Part shown: one piece after another, positions 39,301 to 51,859 of the stretch
Position numbering within the stretch: position 1 is the first letter of the stretch
Layout of the letters: each line of letters starts with the position of its first letter
From: Phoronis australis
Lineage: Eukaryota; Animalia; Phoronida
Assembly: GCA_002633005.1 (NCBI GenBank)
Contig: NMRA01000445.1
Span: forward strand, 126,471-190,470
Reading direction: 5' to 3'
Length of the DNA: 64,000 nucleotides
The notes under the pieces: generated by a model
The model's input: the letters and a program-made list of their open reading frames with translations, nothing else
Databases searched by the model: none
Told to the model about the DNA's origin: nothing
Position numbers and translations under genes: made by a program

Positions 39301-42300
39301 CTATCTGTAGACTTTTGGTCTCTTGGCCCCTCTATAGCGAGTGGTCCGCACTGCTGCTGACTTTGGTGAAGGTGACTGAAATAAAAATCGGAATGCTTCA
39401 GTAATATCCAAATACAATATGATAGTCATTTTGTACATTAGAGAATCATGTACATTGTTTTCATTGTTGTTCACAATTTGGAATTATTATTTACTTCATA
39501 TCCAATAGCTCATCCATATCGTGCTCTACTTAAAATACGAGTTTAACGGTAACCATAGATAGAGTAGTTATAGCCACAGGCTCTAAGGGAGAATTATGAA
39601 CTAAGGCAAACTGTATCATACGGTAATTAGAACTCACTCTGTTACGAGTGTGAAAGCATGCAGTAAGAATCTCCTAACATTAATTTCACTAAATGCACGC
39701 GCCATTCAAGACAGGGACAAAACCAAAATATCTCAACTACATTCTTGGGTCAAAACGATTTGCCAAAATCACGCTTGCTTTTAAACGTCATATTCATAAA
39801 GCCAGCATTTTTAAATGCTTGTTGTTTTGAGAAGGCAAAGATTTGTCTTACCACCTTGCGCCTCTTGGCAGGTACTGGCCGAGTTGGATCGTCGGAAGAC
39901 CTGCGTTTAATCCCCTTCCCTTGCCGAACTGTGCTATCCAAACGAGTCGCGCTCGATAGTGTGGCAACCACATTGTCTACCCAACCCTTCCCACGCTTTT
40001 TGGCCTTTTTGCCGCCAAACCGGTCGGGACTTTGTCGCCTACGTTTTTTGTTAGACTTCCCAGTCGGGACGTTTTCCACCGTTTGGCCATCGATCTCATG
40101 TCCGTCGCCGTATTGGTATCCAAGCTGACCTGGAGGTTGATTGAGGCCTGCTAACTGGTTGCCAGGCAACCTTTTTGTAGTCTGGCCAGCATCATGCAGT
40201 TCAGGTAATGTGACGCGCCTTTCAAGCTCACGGCTGGACATGTCACATTTACCATTCTGGGTAAAGCTTTGCGCATCAGATTCAAGAGAAGATTGCGCGT
40301 CACTGTGGTAATTACCCAGTCTCTCCTTTTCGCTGTTTGCAGAAGTGGTCAGCATTGAATTAATTTTAGTCTGTTTAGCCTTGCTCACCTGTCTTTGTCT
40401 GGCAGACCGGGCTCTCTTTATTCTCCTGGCCTTCTGGCTATCTTCTGGCTCCGTCAAAGACGTCTTGGCAAGCATTTCAAATAACGAGTTGTCCATATCG
40501 CCAGCCACCCAATCGCAGAAGTCGGTCAACTCAATGCCAGACTGTTCCAGCCGCTCAAAGTACCCGCTGTGTTCAGCCATAGCAATGAGACAGTCTATAT
40601 CAGTCTTGATTCGCTTTCTTATGAAACCCTTCTCACTTTCATCGGACCAGAAATTTCTCTTCGTGCCTCCCAACAATTCCGGCCTCTCAAACTTGGCTTC
40701 GCCTGGCCACAGCTGACCTGGGAATACAGACTGACTGGCGTACAAGTTCTCCATAACTGGCTTGGCCTCATGCAGTTCCATGTAATAGGACTTCATGTAA
40801 CTCATTATATTGAAACAGTTATACAACAAGCTTGCTCTGTTTTCAATACCATTCACCAGGCTGTCAGGCTTTGCTTTCAACAGGGTCTCCATCCACTCCA
40901 AGTTACCATGGTTACCGGATGACACAAACAGTCTTTTGTTGGCGCCTGGTACTTTCAAGATGCACTGGCTAATGTCGTTAACTGCTGCTTGCAGTCTGCG
41001 ACTGGCACACTCAGTGGCAGCTGGCTTGTAGTAACAGTTCTCTTCACTGTGTGGTTCGGCAAATCTATTGTCAGAATAAGGTGTATGTTGTTGTTCAGGA
41101 TCTATATAGAGAGGAACACTTGTGGTTGGAGATCTATGTCTTCTGCCATGTGAGTGAGGATTGTCTGTGTCATAACTTCTGCCACACTGGAGATGGTCAT
41201 CTGTTTTATCACTTTTGCCATGCAGGAGAGGGTCTGCACCTACACTTTGAACGTGATCACTTCTGTCGTGGGGTGTTCCTTTTTGTTCAGGGTTAATCTG
41301 ATTACTTCTGCCATAGTGTACCCATTGTTGTTCAGGTCCAATATAGAGAGGGTCACCTGTGCTTTTAGCCTGATCACTTCTGCCAAGGGGTGTTTGTTGT
41401 TGTTCATGATCACTATAGACATGGTCATCTGTTCTTGGAGTCGAGAGATGGTCACCTGTGCTTTGAGTCTCATCACTTCTGTCATGGTTGAGGTGACTTT
41501 TTCTTTGAGTCTGTTCATTTGTGCCACTGAATATCAGTTGTTGTTCTGCCCTGGTATAGAGACGATCACTTGAACTTTTAGTTTCATCTCTTCTGCCATG
41601 GAGTGTTTTTTGTTGTTCATGACCACTACAGACAGGGTCAACTGCGCTTTGAGTCTGATCACTTTTATCATGGTTTAGGTCACCTGTGCTTTGAGTCTGG
41701 TCACTGCTGCCATGGGGTGTTTGATGATGTTCTGGACCAATAAAGAAAGGGTAACGTGTACTCTGAGTCTGATCATTTCTTCCATAGTTGAGGTCAAGTG
41801 GGTTTTGAGTTCTGTCACTTGTGACATGAGGAAGAGGGTCACCTGTGCGTTGAGTTTCATCATTTTTGCTCAAGAGGGGGACAACTTTGCTTTGAATATT
41901 ATCACTTCTGCCATGGTTGAGATCTGTTTCACTTGTGCCATGGGGGAGAAGGTCATCTGTGCTTTCCGTGGTACCACTGCCGCTTTGTTGTTGTTCATGA
42001 CCAATACTGGCAGGGTCACCTGTACTTTGAGCGTCATCAGTTATATCGTTGTTGCTCTGAACAGAGCCTAATAAGTGGCTTCTGCCTCTTTCAATGTCAC
42101 GTGCATTAACTTGCAAACTAAGCTGTGAATGAGATCCACGTGCAGTGCCTCTGTTGTTGCTAAAAACAGAACTGTGAGCTGGACTTCTCTTCTGAATATC
42201 CACAAAATTGATTAATCTTGTGTCTGACCCTCCAGCTGTCCGCTGCCCATGATACCCTTGCTCAAGACGATCCTCCATTTCATTTTCATCACCCTGAATG

Positions 42301-45300
42301 TCGTCAAAACAGTTCAGTGCAGCATGAGGTCTAAGGGCACGGGATGCAAATTCAACTTCCGATATATTTTGTGATTGCACAGTAGGGTTTGGATGTTCTC
42401 TGGTGAGGCTGCTTAAAGTATCGCCAATTACTTTCTCTTCTAAGCTGTCAGACACCAAGGCCTTGAGTTTGTGATCAATAGAGGATGTTTGCACAGTTGG
42501 GTCTAGATGGTCTGAGATGCTGTTGCTTAAAGGTCTCTTTTCTGTGGTGTCAGACACCAAAGCCTCAAATTTTTGATCACGAAAGGAATTTTCCCCCAGA
42601 GCTGGAAGTGGACCTTCTTTGATGCTGTTGCTTACAGTAACGTCAATAACTTTCTCTTCTTCAGACGTCAAAATCTCCAGTTTGTCATCTTGACACATAG
42701 TTTGCACAGAAGGCTCTGGACATTCTCTGGTGCTGTTGCTTAAAGTAGGGTCTATACCTTTCTCTTTCATGCTCTCAGACATCAAAACCTTGAGTTTGTC
42801 ATCATGACACATAGTTTGCACAGAAGGCTCTGGACATTCTCTGGTGCTATTGCTTAAAGTAGGGTCTATACCTTTCTCTTTTAGTATGTTGTCCGACATC
42901 AAAGCCCTGAAACTCTGATTATGAGAGCAAGCTTCACCTGTAAACAATTTATGTGGACCATGTCCAGCAACCATGTCTCCAACATTGTCAATGTGCTTGC
43001 GTTGTACAGGCATTGATTGTTGGATCATATTTGCAATAGAGGTGTCTACTTTGAGTGCATTTGATTGCATTTCATCACTGCAATTTGGTTCAACCAGGTT
43101 TCTTTTATAACTGTTCTGTGTATCTATTTGTGTTGGGTTATTGCCACCAGACACAGACAGCTCTTTGCCTATTGGACAGCTGCTATGAACATTCATCATT
43201 CTCAAGTCTGACCCGTCAGCTGTCAGCGCTCTCTGTCCACGACTTCTTTGTTGCAGACGATCTTTCATTTCATCCTCTTCACCATGAATATTGTCAAACC
43301 AGTTTAGTGTAACCTGAAGGTTGTGAGCACTGGATGCAAATTCAGCATCTGATATATTTTGTGCTTGCAAGGTAGGCTGTGGACGTTCTCTGGTGCCGTT
43401 GCCTAAGGTTATGTCAATTACTTTCTCTTCTATGCCGTCAGCCATCAAAGTCTTGAGTTTCTGATCAGGAGAGATTTCAGCGTTTAACACTTCCCTCGGA
43501 CGATTGCCATCCTCTATGTCTTTCATTTTTTCATCATGCTTCAGTTGTACAGATGTCAGTTTTGGGGTCATGTTTGCACTAGACATGTCCACCTTAAGTC
43601 TACTTGATTTCTGCTGATCAACACCATTTCTTAATGTCAGATCACTGTATATTCCGTAGCTACTCTGTGTGCCTACCTCTCTTGGGTTCATATGGGACAC
43701 AGAGAGTTGTGAAGCCTTAGGACTACTGTTCAGAACATTCACTGAATTAACCATTGTCGATTCGGTCATTCCATCGCTCTGCTTCCTTGACATGGTGGTA
43801 TTCAAATCTTGGCCATTCTCCTTCAACTCCAAGCTTGTGAAAAACTGTTGACGCACACCCTCGTCACCATCGCCTTTCTGGAGCAAATTGTCATCTTGAG
43901 TAACAGGATTATTTACCCTGCGCCGACGCATATCAAACTCCCCGGTGGTGGGGGTGGCATAATGGGGATTACCATTTCCTTCTATTCTAGTCTCATCACA
44001 CAAGACTGGAACATCTTGCACACAGCCTGCCAGCCACTTTTGACCCTCCTTTGCCGTGTGGACCTGTGCATTGCCCACTGCCACACTATCACCTGTGGAA
44101 CTTGGTACATTGGATCCACCTGGCTTTTGAAACAGACAACTGCTACTGCACTTTTTCCAATTTCTGGCATATTCATAATCACCACAAACACTCGTTGGTG
44201 TCTTCTGGCATTGCTCTCTAGCCATATGCCTAATACCACTTTGGTTGTCTGGGCACTTACAGTATAAGTTTGATTTGTCAGTTATCCAGCTGTCCACACT
44301 CTTCAAATTACCAGCTCTCTCTGTACAGTTTGAACCACTGACAGGTTTTGCTGTATGACCAAACACCTTTTCTCCATTGTTGTCCTCAACTGCAGGCTGT
44401 TTTACCTCGGCAACAGTTTGCTGGGTTATCTTCCTACAAACGTCATTAAGCATTCTTTCCATTTGAGTTTCTCTGCTATCAAAGCCAGTACGCGCTTTTC
44501 TAGATACTTTGGAGTTCTCAGTGTCATTTGAATATCCTCTCGCTCTTCCACAACTCTCCACTCCATTTATTATGCTCTCCGTCGATTCATAGACTCGTAA
44601 CTTGTCAGCTGACACCACCTGTCCAATGGCAACGCTGTTACTGTTGCCGCGTCGTCCTGAGCAGAGTTGGAGAATGTGCTTACATGAGGGATCTGCCTTG
44701 CCAATCGACCACGGCACGATAAACCCGTTCGAGAACTCTTTGCAGACAGTCAAGAAGTGACCTGTCGGTCTTTCTTCAAAAATGGCATATTCACCACTCG
44801 GGTGCACCCTGTCGAAGAGGCAGCGTTTTATATTTTTCTCTCTATCATATTCCAAGAATACAGGAGTGATGTCACAACACAGGGATGTGATGATCTGTCC
44901 CCCTATGACAGTGGACATCACATGTGGTGGAAGCTTCTTGCTGGACGATGCTGGAAGTGGAATCTCAAACACTCTGTTAGCCTGTCTCAAAGCTTTGTGG
45001 AGTCTTGACGGGTAGTTGCTGGATACAGCCTCGTCATCTGGCGCCAGTTTGTTGACATAGCGGAGGATCTTACTCTCCGCCGTGTTTGGCACATTCAATA
45101 TAGTAGGAGTTGTTGTAATCGTGCCTGTCGATGACTGCATCCCGGGTGGTTTTGGCTGGATTTTCACTGGCACTGCTACTAGCCTCGAGCTCTGCATTTT
45201 GTTGCCTTGACCAGGGGCAGGGTTGACGGTGGACTTTGGCACCTGTATCTTGGTATTGACCTCAATTGACTGCAGATGTGTTTGCACAGATGTACTGGTC

Positions 45301-46475
45301 CTGTTTAGACTGTTATGTCCGTTGACGAACTGGTCCAAGGAAGGCATAACTACCACCGGCTTGTACAGATGGCGCTTTATGACTGCCCTCTGTTGCTCTG
45401 TGAGGGAACTAGACACAGCCAACTGCTCCAGTGTCTTCTTGGGCAGCTTTAAGATGTCAGACTTTGCGGAGAGCCCCAGGTTGTTCTTCTCTGCCACTGT
45501 AAACACCTGAACCTTCTTAGCAAAAGGCCAGGTCATTAAGTTTGCAGGTTTGGAGTCGTCAAGTCCAGGGCCAATCTTTGGCCTAATTGCTTTGGGTAGA
45601 GCAGTAGTGCCTTTCTCAACAGATAAAGCCCGTCTTTTTCCGCTTACACCAACAAGTGGTGTCATTGGAGTGCCTTTGTCAACAGAGGATGCCTGGCTGT
45701 TTTTGCTTGTACCAATTAAAGTTGTCACTGGACTCTCAGAGTGTGTTGAAGCTTTACGCTTCAGTCTCGTATACGGGTGTGGCTTTGCGAAAACATGGTC
45801 ATCCTTAATAACCAGGGAAGCATGTTTCTGGGTGGAGACTTCCTCCACACATGCCGTGTGGGCATCACGGCTCTTCTCAACTGACAGCTGCACCATGCTG
45901 CCAGCCACAGCCTCCTTTACAATCCTATGACTGGCCTCGCTGACTATTGAGCTTTTTAAGACGTCTTGAACGAGTGACTTGCTGATGTTAGTGAGCCACT
46001 CACTTTGAGCATGTTCCAGGCACAGTTCCACCGTCTGCTTGGCAAGAACTTTCAGATGCTCTTCTGACGCAGTCACATCTTCTGTAGACTCACCCTCGCT
46101 GGACGCATGCTGTTCTGTAGCAGACGACTCGACTATGTTGGTGCCTGAAATTTCACCCGTCCCATCGTCCTTACTATGATCACTGGAGGTGGCGCTGGCT
46201 GGTGCATTACTGTTACCCTTTTGTTTGCTGCCTCTTCTCTTAGGTTTATTCGAGGACTTACCAGCCTTGTCCGGTGTCATACTGTCAATTTGCGCCTGAA
46301 AGCTACTGATCTGATCTAACATTGCATACAGCTGACTTGTAGTTTCTTCAGGCAACTGGCTCAAGTCAGATTTTGCAGACAAACCTAAAGAGTTTTTCAA
46401 CTTACACAAGCGTTCTGCTTCTGATGGAGGATCATTTGTGACTTTTCTCTTGGAACGCTTGTCTCTGCGGCCCAT
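39301..46475 (-). CDS. Uncharacterised ~2,232-aa, largely low-complexity/repetitive, probably nuclear protein; giant 6.6-kb coding exon plus 75-nt terminal exon
   Basis: Uninterrupted 2241-codon ORF 46475-39750, with acceptor TTTTGCAG at 46491 just upstream of the ATG. In-frame donor GTG|GTAAGA at 39852/39851 and acceptor TTTATTTCAG| at 39375 give the terminal exon SPSPKSAAVRTTRYRGAKRPKVYR*. Basic NLS-like clusters at both ends. Minus-strand AATAAA at ~38920. No family recognised. Confidence 0.85.
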
Positions 46476-47802
46476 TGTTTGTTATTTGATCTGCAAAACA
46501 TTAAATGGGTTTAAGTTCTCATTGTCACAAACTGGATTCCAAAAATTACCTAATCTGATTTTTGGTTTTTAGTAACCTGAACAGGACGAAATGCAGCTTC
46601 ATAAATTTTGGTTGTCGCTGACACACAACAGCCCTTTTGAAATTGACTAGCAGGGTCAGTAAATGTAGTTTTTGTGAACTCTGCTCTAAGCCAAACACCT
46701 GTCCTGAAGGTGGCGTGTGTAAGTAAACACAGCTTAAGAGTTTTTGGTCCTGGCTGAGAAGATGATAAATTGTTTTATTTTCACTTTATGGGATTTGAAT
46801 AGCTAAGCCCGTAATGATGGAGCTGGCTCTGAGTGATCGCACAAATCAGGCCCTGGGGATACGACTCGAAAATGAACAAATCCTCACTCTGAGTATACTA
46901 ACAAATTTGTATTCATTCACTAATAAAATGGATAAGTTGAGAGTTTTGATTTCGAATCCAGTTTGGAGATTAGACTCTGCTACCAGATCTTCAATAATAT
47001 GCAAGCAAAATTTATGAACACACTCCCAGAGAATTACTGAGATAAAGGAGTTTGAACAATGACGTTGAGATGGTATATTTTGTCCATTGATGACAAAACT
47101 GTGAGTCCACAATGGTTTTAAATATTTTCATTTTGTCTTCTTAACTCTGCTTGCATATAAAGGGGGAAATGCCTTTTTTCGGGTAGTTTTTGGTCAAACT
47201 GACAAACTAAAAAACGTACTTTGAACCTTTCCTATTTATAAACAAAATTAATGCAAACTGGAATTCATTAAACGGGAAGTGTTTACATAGTGAGAATGTC
47301 ATGAACATGTAAACTTCTACAACGAAGTTAATTATTTCCTTCGCTTTTCAGTTATCAGGTAACTGTAATCAATGACCAACACTGCCGCAGATTTTCAGAG
47401 CCAGGATTGTTGCAAAGCAAACTGCATTTAACTTTTGATGTCAGAAACATGTAATTAAGCTACTACAATAAACCTGGCCTGCCAGACACCCAGTGTTTAC
47501 ATTGTGTGACTTGTTCACAGCATCACACTTCCAGTCTGAAGAATTGCTGATATTAATTTTATAAAGATTAACTAAAAACATTCAGTATACCTTTCCGAGT
47601 AAGTAAAACATGTCAAATTGACCAAAAACACCTTTTGATAAGGTAATGTTACCCTTCAACGGTTGTTTATAACCACAATCTTATCCTTTTCTCCTTGTTT
47701 CATTGGCTGAAGGATGAGCACATGACCATCTCTGACACCTGAAAATAAAGGAAAAACAATAATCAATGGTAATCACATACTTAATTCCTTTAACAAACAA
47801 TG

Positions 47803-48105
47803 AAAGAAATCTGGAGATGTACAAGGTACACTAACCTCACAATGATAGGAGATTTAAAGAAATCTGGAGATGTACAAGGTACACTAACCTCACAATGATA
47901 GGAGATTTAAAGAAATCTGGAGATGTACAAGGTACACTAACCTCACAATGATAGGAGATTGAAAGAAATCTGGAGATGTACAAGGTACACTAACCTCACA
48001 ATGATAGGAGATTTAAAGAAATCTGGAGATGTACAAGGTACACTAACCTCACAATGATAGGAGATTTAAAGAAATCTGGAGATGTACAAGGTACACTAAT
48101 CTCAC
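47803..48105. repeat. 53-bp minisatellite, ~5.7 near-identical copies
   Basis: Unit AAAGAAATCTGGAGATGTACAAGGTACACTAACCTCACAATGATAGGAGATTT starts at 47803, 47856, 47909, 47962, 48015 and 48068. Confidence 0.95.
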
Positions 48106-50652
48106 AGTTACATTTATATAATTCTAAAATCTTGTTAAAATCATTGCTTTCTAGCAAAATTAGCACAAGTTGTTGCTTTGCCTTATTCTACATAAACAAC
48201 ATAGGACCATTAAAACAGGTAAGTCATAAACCAACAAAGAGAACACAAAATAAAAACGAATTCAAAAAATACTAACCATCATCTCAAGTTGCCTCCTTAA
48301 AACGCAGCCCATGGTGTGAAAGAGAGGTCCTTGTGTCATCCATCAGCCTGAAAAATCTAACTGATACAGTTAGAATTTTGTTTTAATTTAGATCTATAAC
48401 GCTTGAATGTTTCTTATTCTAATTTAAAAAATTTCTCTATCAATATTCCAGGCTTTGGTATACAAAATCCATAGGGGGTAATGAAACAATTTCCTTCTCA
48501 ACCAGGACCATAAGCCCTTTGTAAAGCTATGTTTAAGTTACACAGTCCGACTGGAACAGTTGTATGAATTGAGAGTTGGGTTCAAAAAGAACTATTTTCT
48601 TTGACCTTGCATAACAGTTTCAATGGGCCTACTGTGTGTGAACAACATCCACGGTTTGCAACTGTAGATGCAAAATTTTAAGCCACTATTAGACTAGTTC
48701 CTCCTTCTAGCCCAAAATTTCTAGACAAAGAGTCAGTAAAATGAAAGAATTGAAAGAAAAGGTAGGAAAACTTCTAAAAGGTGGAATTGTTGGCCTACGT
48801 AACATATTACAAGTTGACTCATGTATCATGAGTGAGTCCATATTGCCACAATGAGGAAATGCAAACACTTTTTGTTACATTCTATTAGTTAAGCTGCTGT
48901 AAACCCCTCCTTTATCAAATAAACTTTTGACTAGACCACCTATGTTGTAAAACTGGTCTCCTCTATATCCTTATTTAGCTTAGCGGTGGTTTCTTTGCTT
49001 TGAAGAACTGGTATATTGTTATTGCTCAAAACAAGGATTAACAAATTTGCCTCATCATAGCAGAAAATTTCATGTGATAAATATGGTATTAAGCGCCAAT
49101 GGAGACCAGGGTAGAGTTCAGTAACGCTATGACCTCGCTCAAAAGCATGACTTCACAAGATTACGTTAGATATTGCCGTATATTTTAAATGAGAAGACGT
49201 GACTTTGTCTAGATTTTAGCAAGGTCCCAGCATAGGTCCTAGCATCACTGAACTCTACAGAGATTGTTTAACAATGTTAGCAGATCACTTGCACTTATGT
49301 AAATCAAGTTCCTTTGTTGGAAAGCAGTTTATACCCTTGCTTAAGTTAAATTTAATTTTAAGTGAACGAATAGACCTGACATGATAAAATAAGTGCAATA
49401 AATGCAAACTGAACAAATTTAATTTATAAAGTACAACATGATCAATAGGCCTATATCTCATCTTCTGCTCATTTGAATATTCCCTTTTCTGGTGGCATTT
49501 GGTTTCTGCAGCCGTAGCGAATGTTTCAGCCCCAGAAAAATTAGAGAAATCAAATTTGAAACGACCTCTTACTTATCAAAGTTGATGAACCGAGATACAA
49601 ATTAAAGCGTGGAACAGTAAATGTGGAAAACAATTTTACCGATTCAGTGCACTTTGAGTTAATGTCATTCATTTCTTCGGCAAATGACTTCGCGTTTTCT
49701 TGAGAAATGACACATTTTGACATTTTGTTTCTTTGGGGCCTTGGGCCCTAACTACCGTGCATTCGTGGACGTGGGCAACGACAAACAACTCGCACATTTC
49801 GGGGAATTTGGACTTAATCTGACAAAATTTTGGATCAAAATTGCCATAACTTACCTATTTGAAAATCAGTAAAACCGCCGTTCCTTTTATGCTAAGATTT
49901 TCTTCAATTTCTTGAAATTCCTTTTACTTTTGAATCAGTTTTACAACTTCTCGACTTTTGTCGTCAGGTTTAATAACTGCTTAGTACCGACGTCAAAATT
50001 ATACGCACTAAAAGATAGTGCGAGAATGAGGAAGACAAAACAAGCTAACATTTAACTTTGTTTTCAAAGAAATAGAATTTCAAAGATTAAATCGTAAAAT
50101 ATCTTTAAACTTGTATAATTATTTCAAAGTTTTGAATTCCGTTTCACATTGACCCAATTAAAACTGTAACAGTTTTGTTTTTGTTATTAATTACTGCGCA
50201 CCCCTTTAACGTAATCGTCTCTATGTGACGTATTGTCTTTCACAGAGTGCCGCTTCCAATCAAAGTCGAAATTCATTGTTTTAGAAGATGACGTTCTTTT
50301 CATTGTTATATTTTTGCATAGAGAACGCTCATGAAGGTAGTTCTTATGAAAAATTAGAATAAATTTAATTCAAAGTCGTTCAGTTAACTCCAGCATTTAC
50401 GATAAAAAATTACCAACAAACTGGGCTTCTTAATGAAAACACGTACGAAACACGGACAACATAATTTCTGTCGCACTTGCGTTTGGGCTACAGGACAGTA
50501 GGTGCTGGGCCCGGGGGATTCACTCATACTGACAAGATGGCCGCAAGCGCGTGCCAAAAATTGTGTGTAGGCGGTATTTTTCAGTAAGATTTGCTGGACC
50601 TGCGCGCCGAGGGTCCAATAGGCCCCCTAAATTTCCATTTCGTAGGGGTGAA

Positions 50653-50991
50653 AAATGTTACTAGACAGGATTCCACACACAGAGATAAGGGAGCAAACAG
50701 GAGTAATGGACTTCATCAAGACAATTCTGAAATTGAAATATAGGTGGGGCGGACACGTCGCCAGAGCACAGGACAACAGATGGACAAAAATATGCACAGA
50801 GGGGCAACCCATGCAGATATGGAAAGAGATCAAAATGACGGCCCCAAGACAGATGGAGAGATGACATCGTGAAGACAAGAGGCACAACGTCGCGGATGAG
50901 AGCGGGAAGAGACAGAACAAATTGGAAGGCATTGTCGGAGGGCTACATCCTGCAGTGGATTGACAATGCCTAGGGTCAGAGTCGGTCAGTC
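50653..50991 (+). mobile_element. 5'-truncated RTE-clade non-LTR retrotransposon 3' end
   Basis: Translation DRIPHTEIREQTGV..LKYRWGGHVAR..DNRWTK..RP..RWRDDI..DRTNWKAL.EGYILQW matches the RTE C-terminus. GTCA-like short-repeat tail. 9-bp TSD AGGGGTGAA at 50644-50652 and 50992-51000. Confidence 0.85.
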
Positions 50992-51859
50992 AGGGGTGAA
51001 CCAGAAAAATCTACCTCGCAAAAGGAGGGTGGGAATTAGCAGACCTGGCACCAGTGCTGTAGTGCGGCGTAGGCGCACGTAGGCGCAGCCAACCTGACCT
51101 TTTTGCTTTTTAACCAGAGTCTACTCACAGTAAGTTACGGCATAGTGGGGCGTAAGCGCACGTAGGTGGAGCCAACCACCTTTCTACGTTTTAACGTAGC
51201 GCCTACGCGCCGAAAAGTGACGGTATAGGGAGGCGTAGTCTCGATACGATAGCTTAAGGCATCATTGGCTACTCTCATTGTTGCCGATTATTTCGGAGTG
51301 CGTGACCACCAGGCATAAATGTATACTCGCCGAGTAATGGGAAGGCTAAGGTTTCACAACATAGGTGGATAAAGGGAGGGGGGGGGGGGGTGACGAAGGG
51401 CCCCGAGGACACACACCACCGGAGACTATAATCGCCGCCAGAATATCGTTTCTGGGCGTTACACTCCTATTTTCCTTTATAATTGTGCTTGGGCCTAGTT
51501 CAGAGACCGCTAGGGATTCACTCGGACCTTTGCCCTCGAATGTATGGTGGACCCTCTTTCTGCGATATCCAAGATCCCCCACTGCAGAATCCATGTAAAT
51601 ATCCCCTCGTGAGTCAAAAAAGTAGGCCCAAACGTTTGTGAGTCAGGTTTTGCGAGTTCAATGCACTTTTAAAATTCAGCGCTCATCGCGATACGATGGC
51701 CTTTTGGCGCTTACTTACCTCTAATTCTGCCACTGCAGCACTGCCTGGAACCCGCAATAGGGGTCTCTCAGTAAGTTTTGGTACACGTCTGCGGGCACCT
51801 TGTCAATATGATTGGCCCTTCGGGAAGCTGGGGAACCTAAATCTTCGAGTGCTCGCATT

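Noticed and set aside
39745-45930. Numerous plus-strand ORFs opposite the giant exon
   Set aside because: These are antisense shadows of a long coding sequence, with no independent signals.
47803-48105. Regular repeat array as a possible CRISPR
   Set aside because: Units are contiguous and identical with no unique spacers, the context is eukaryotic, and there are no cas genes.
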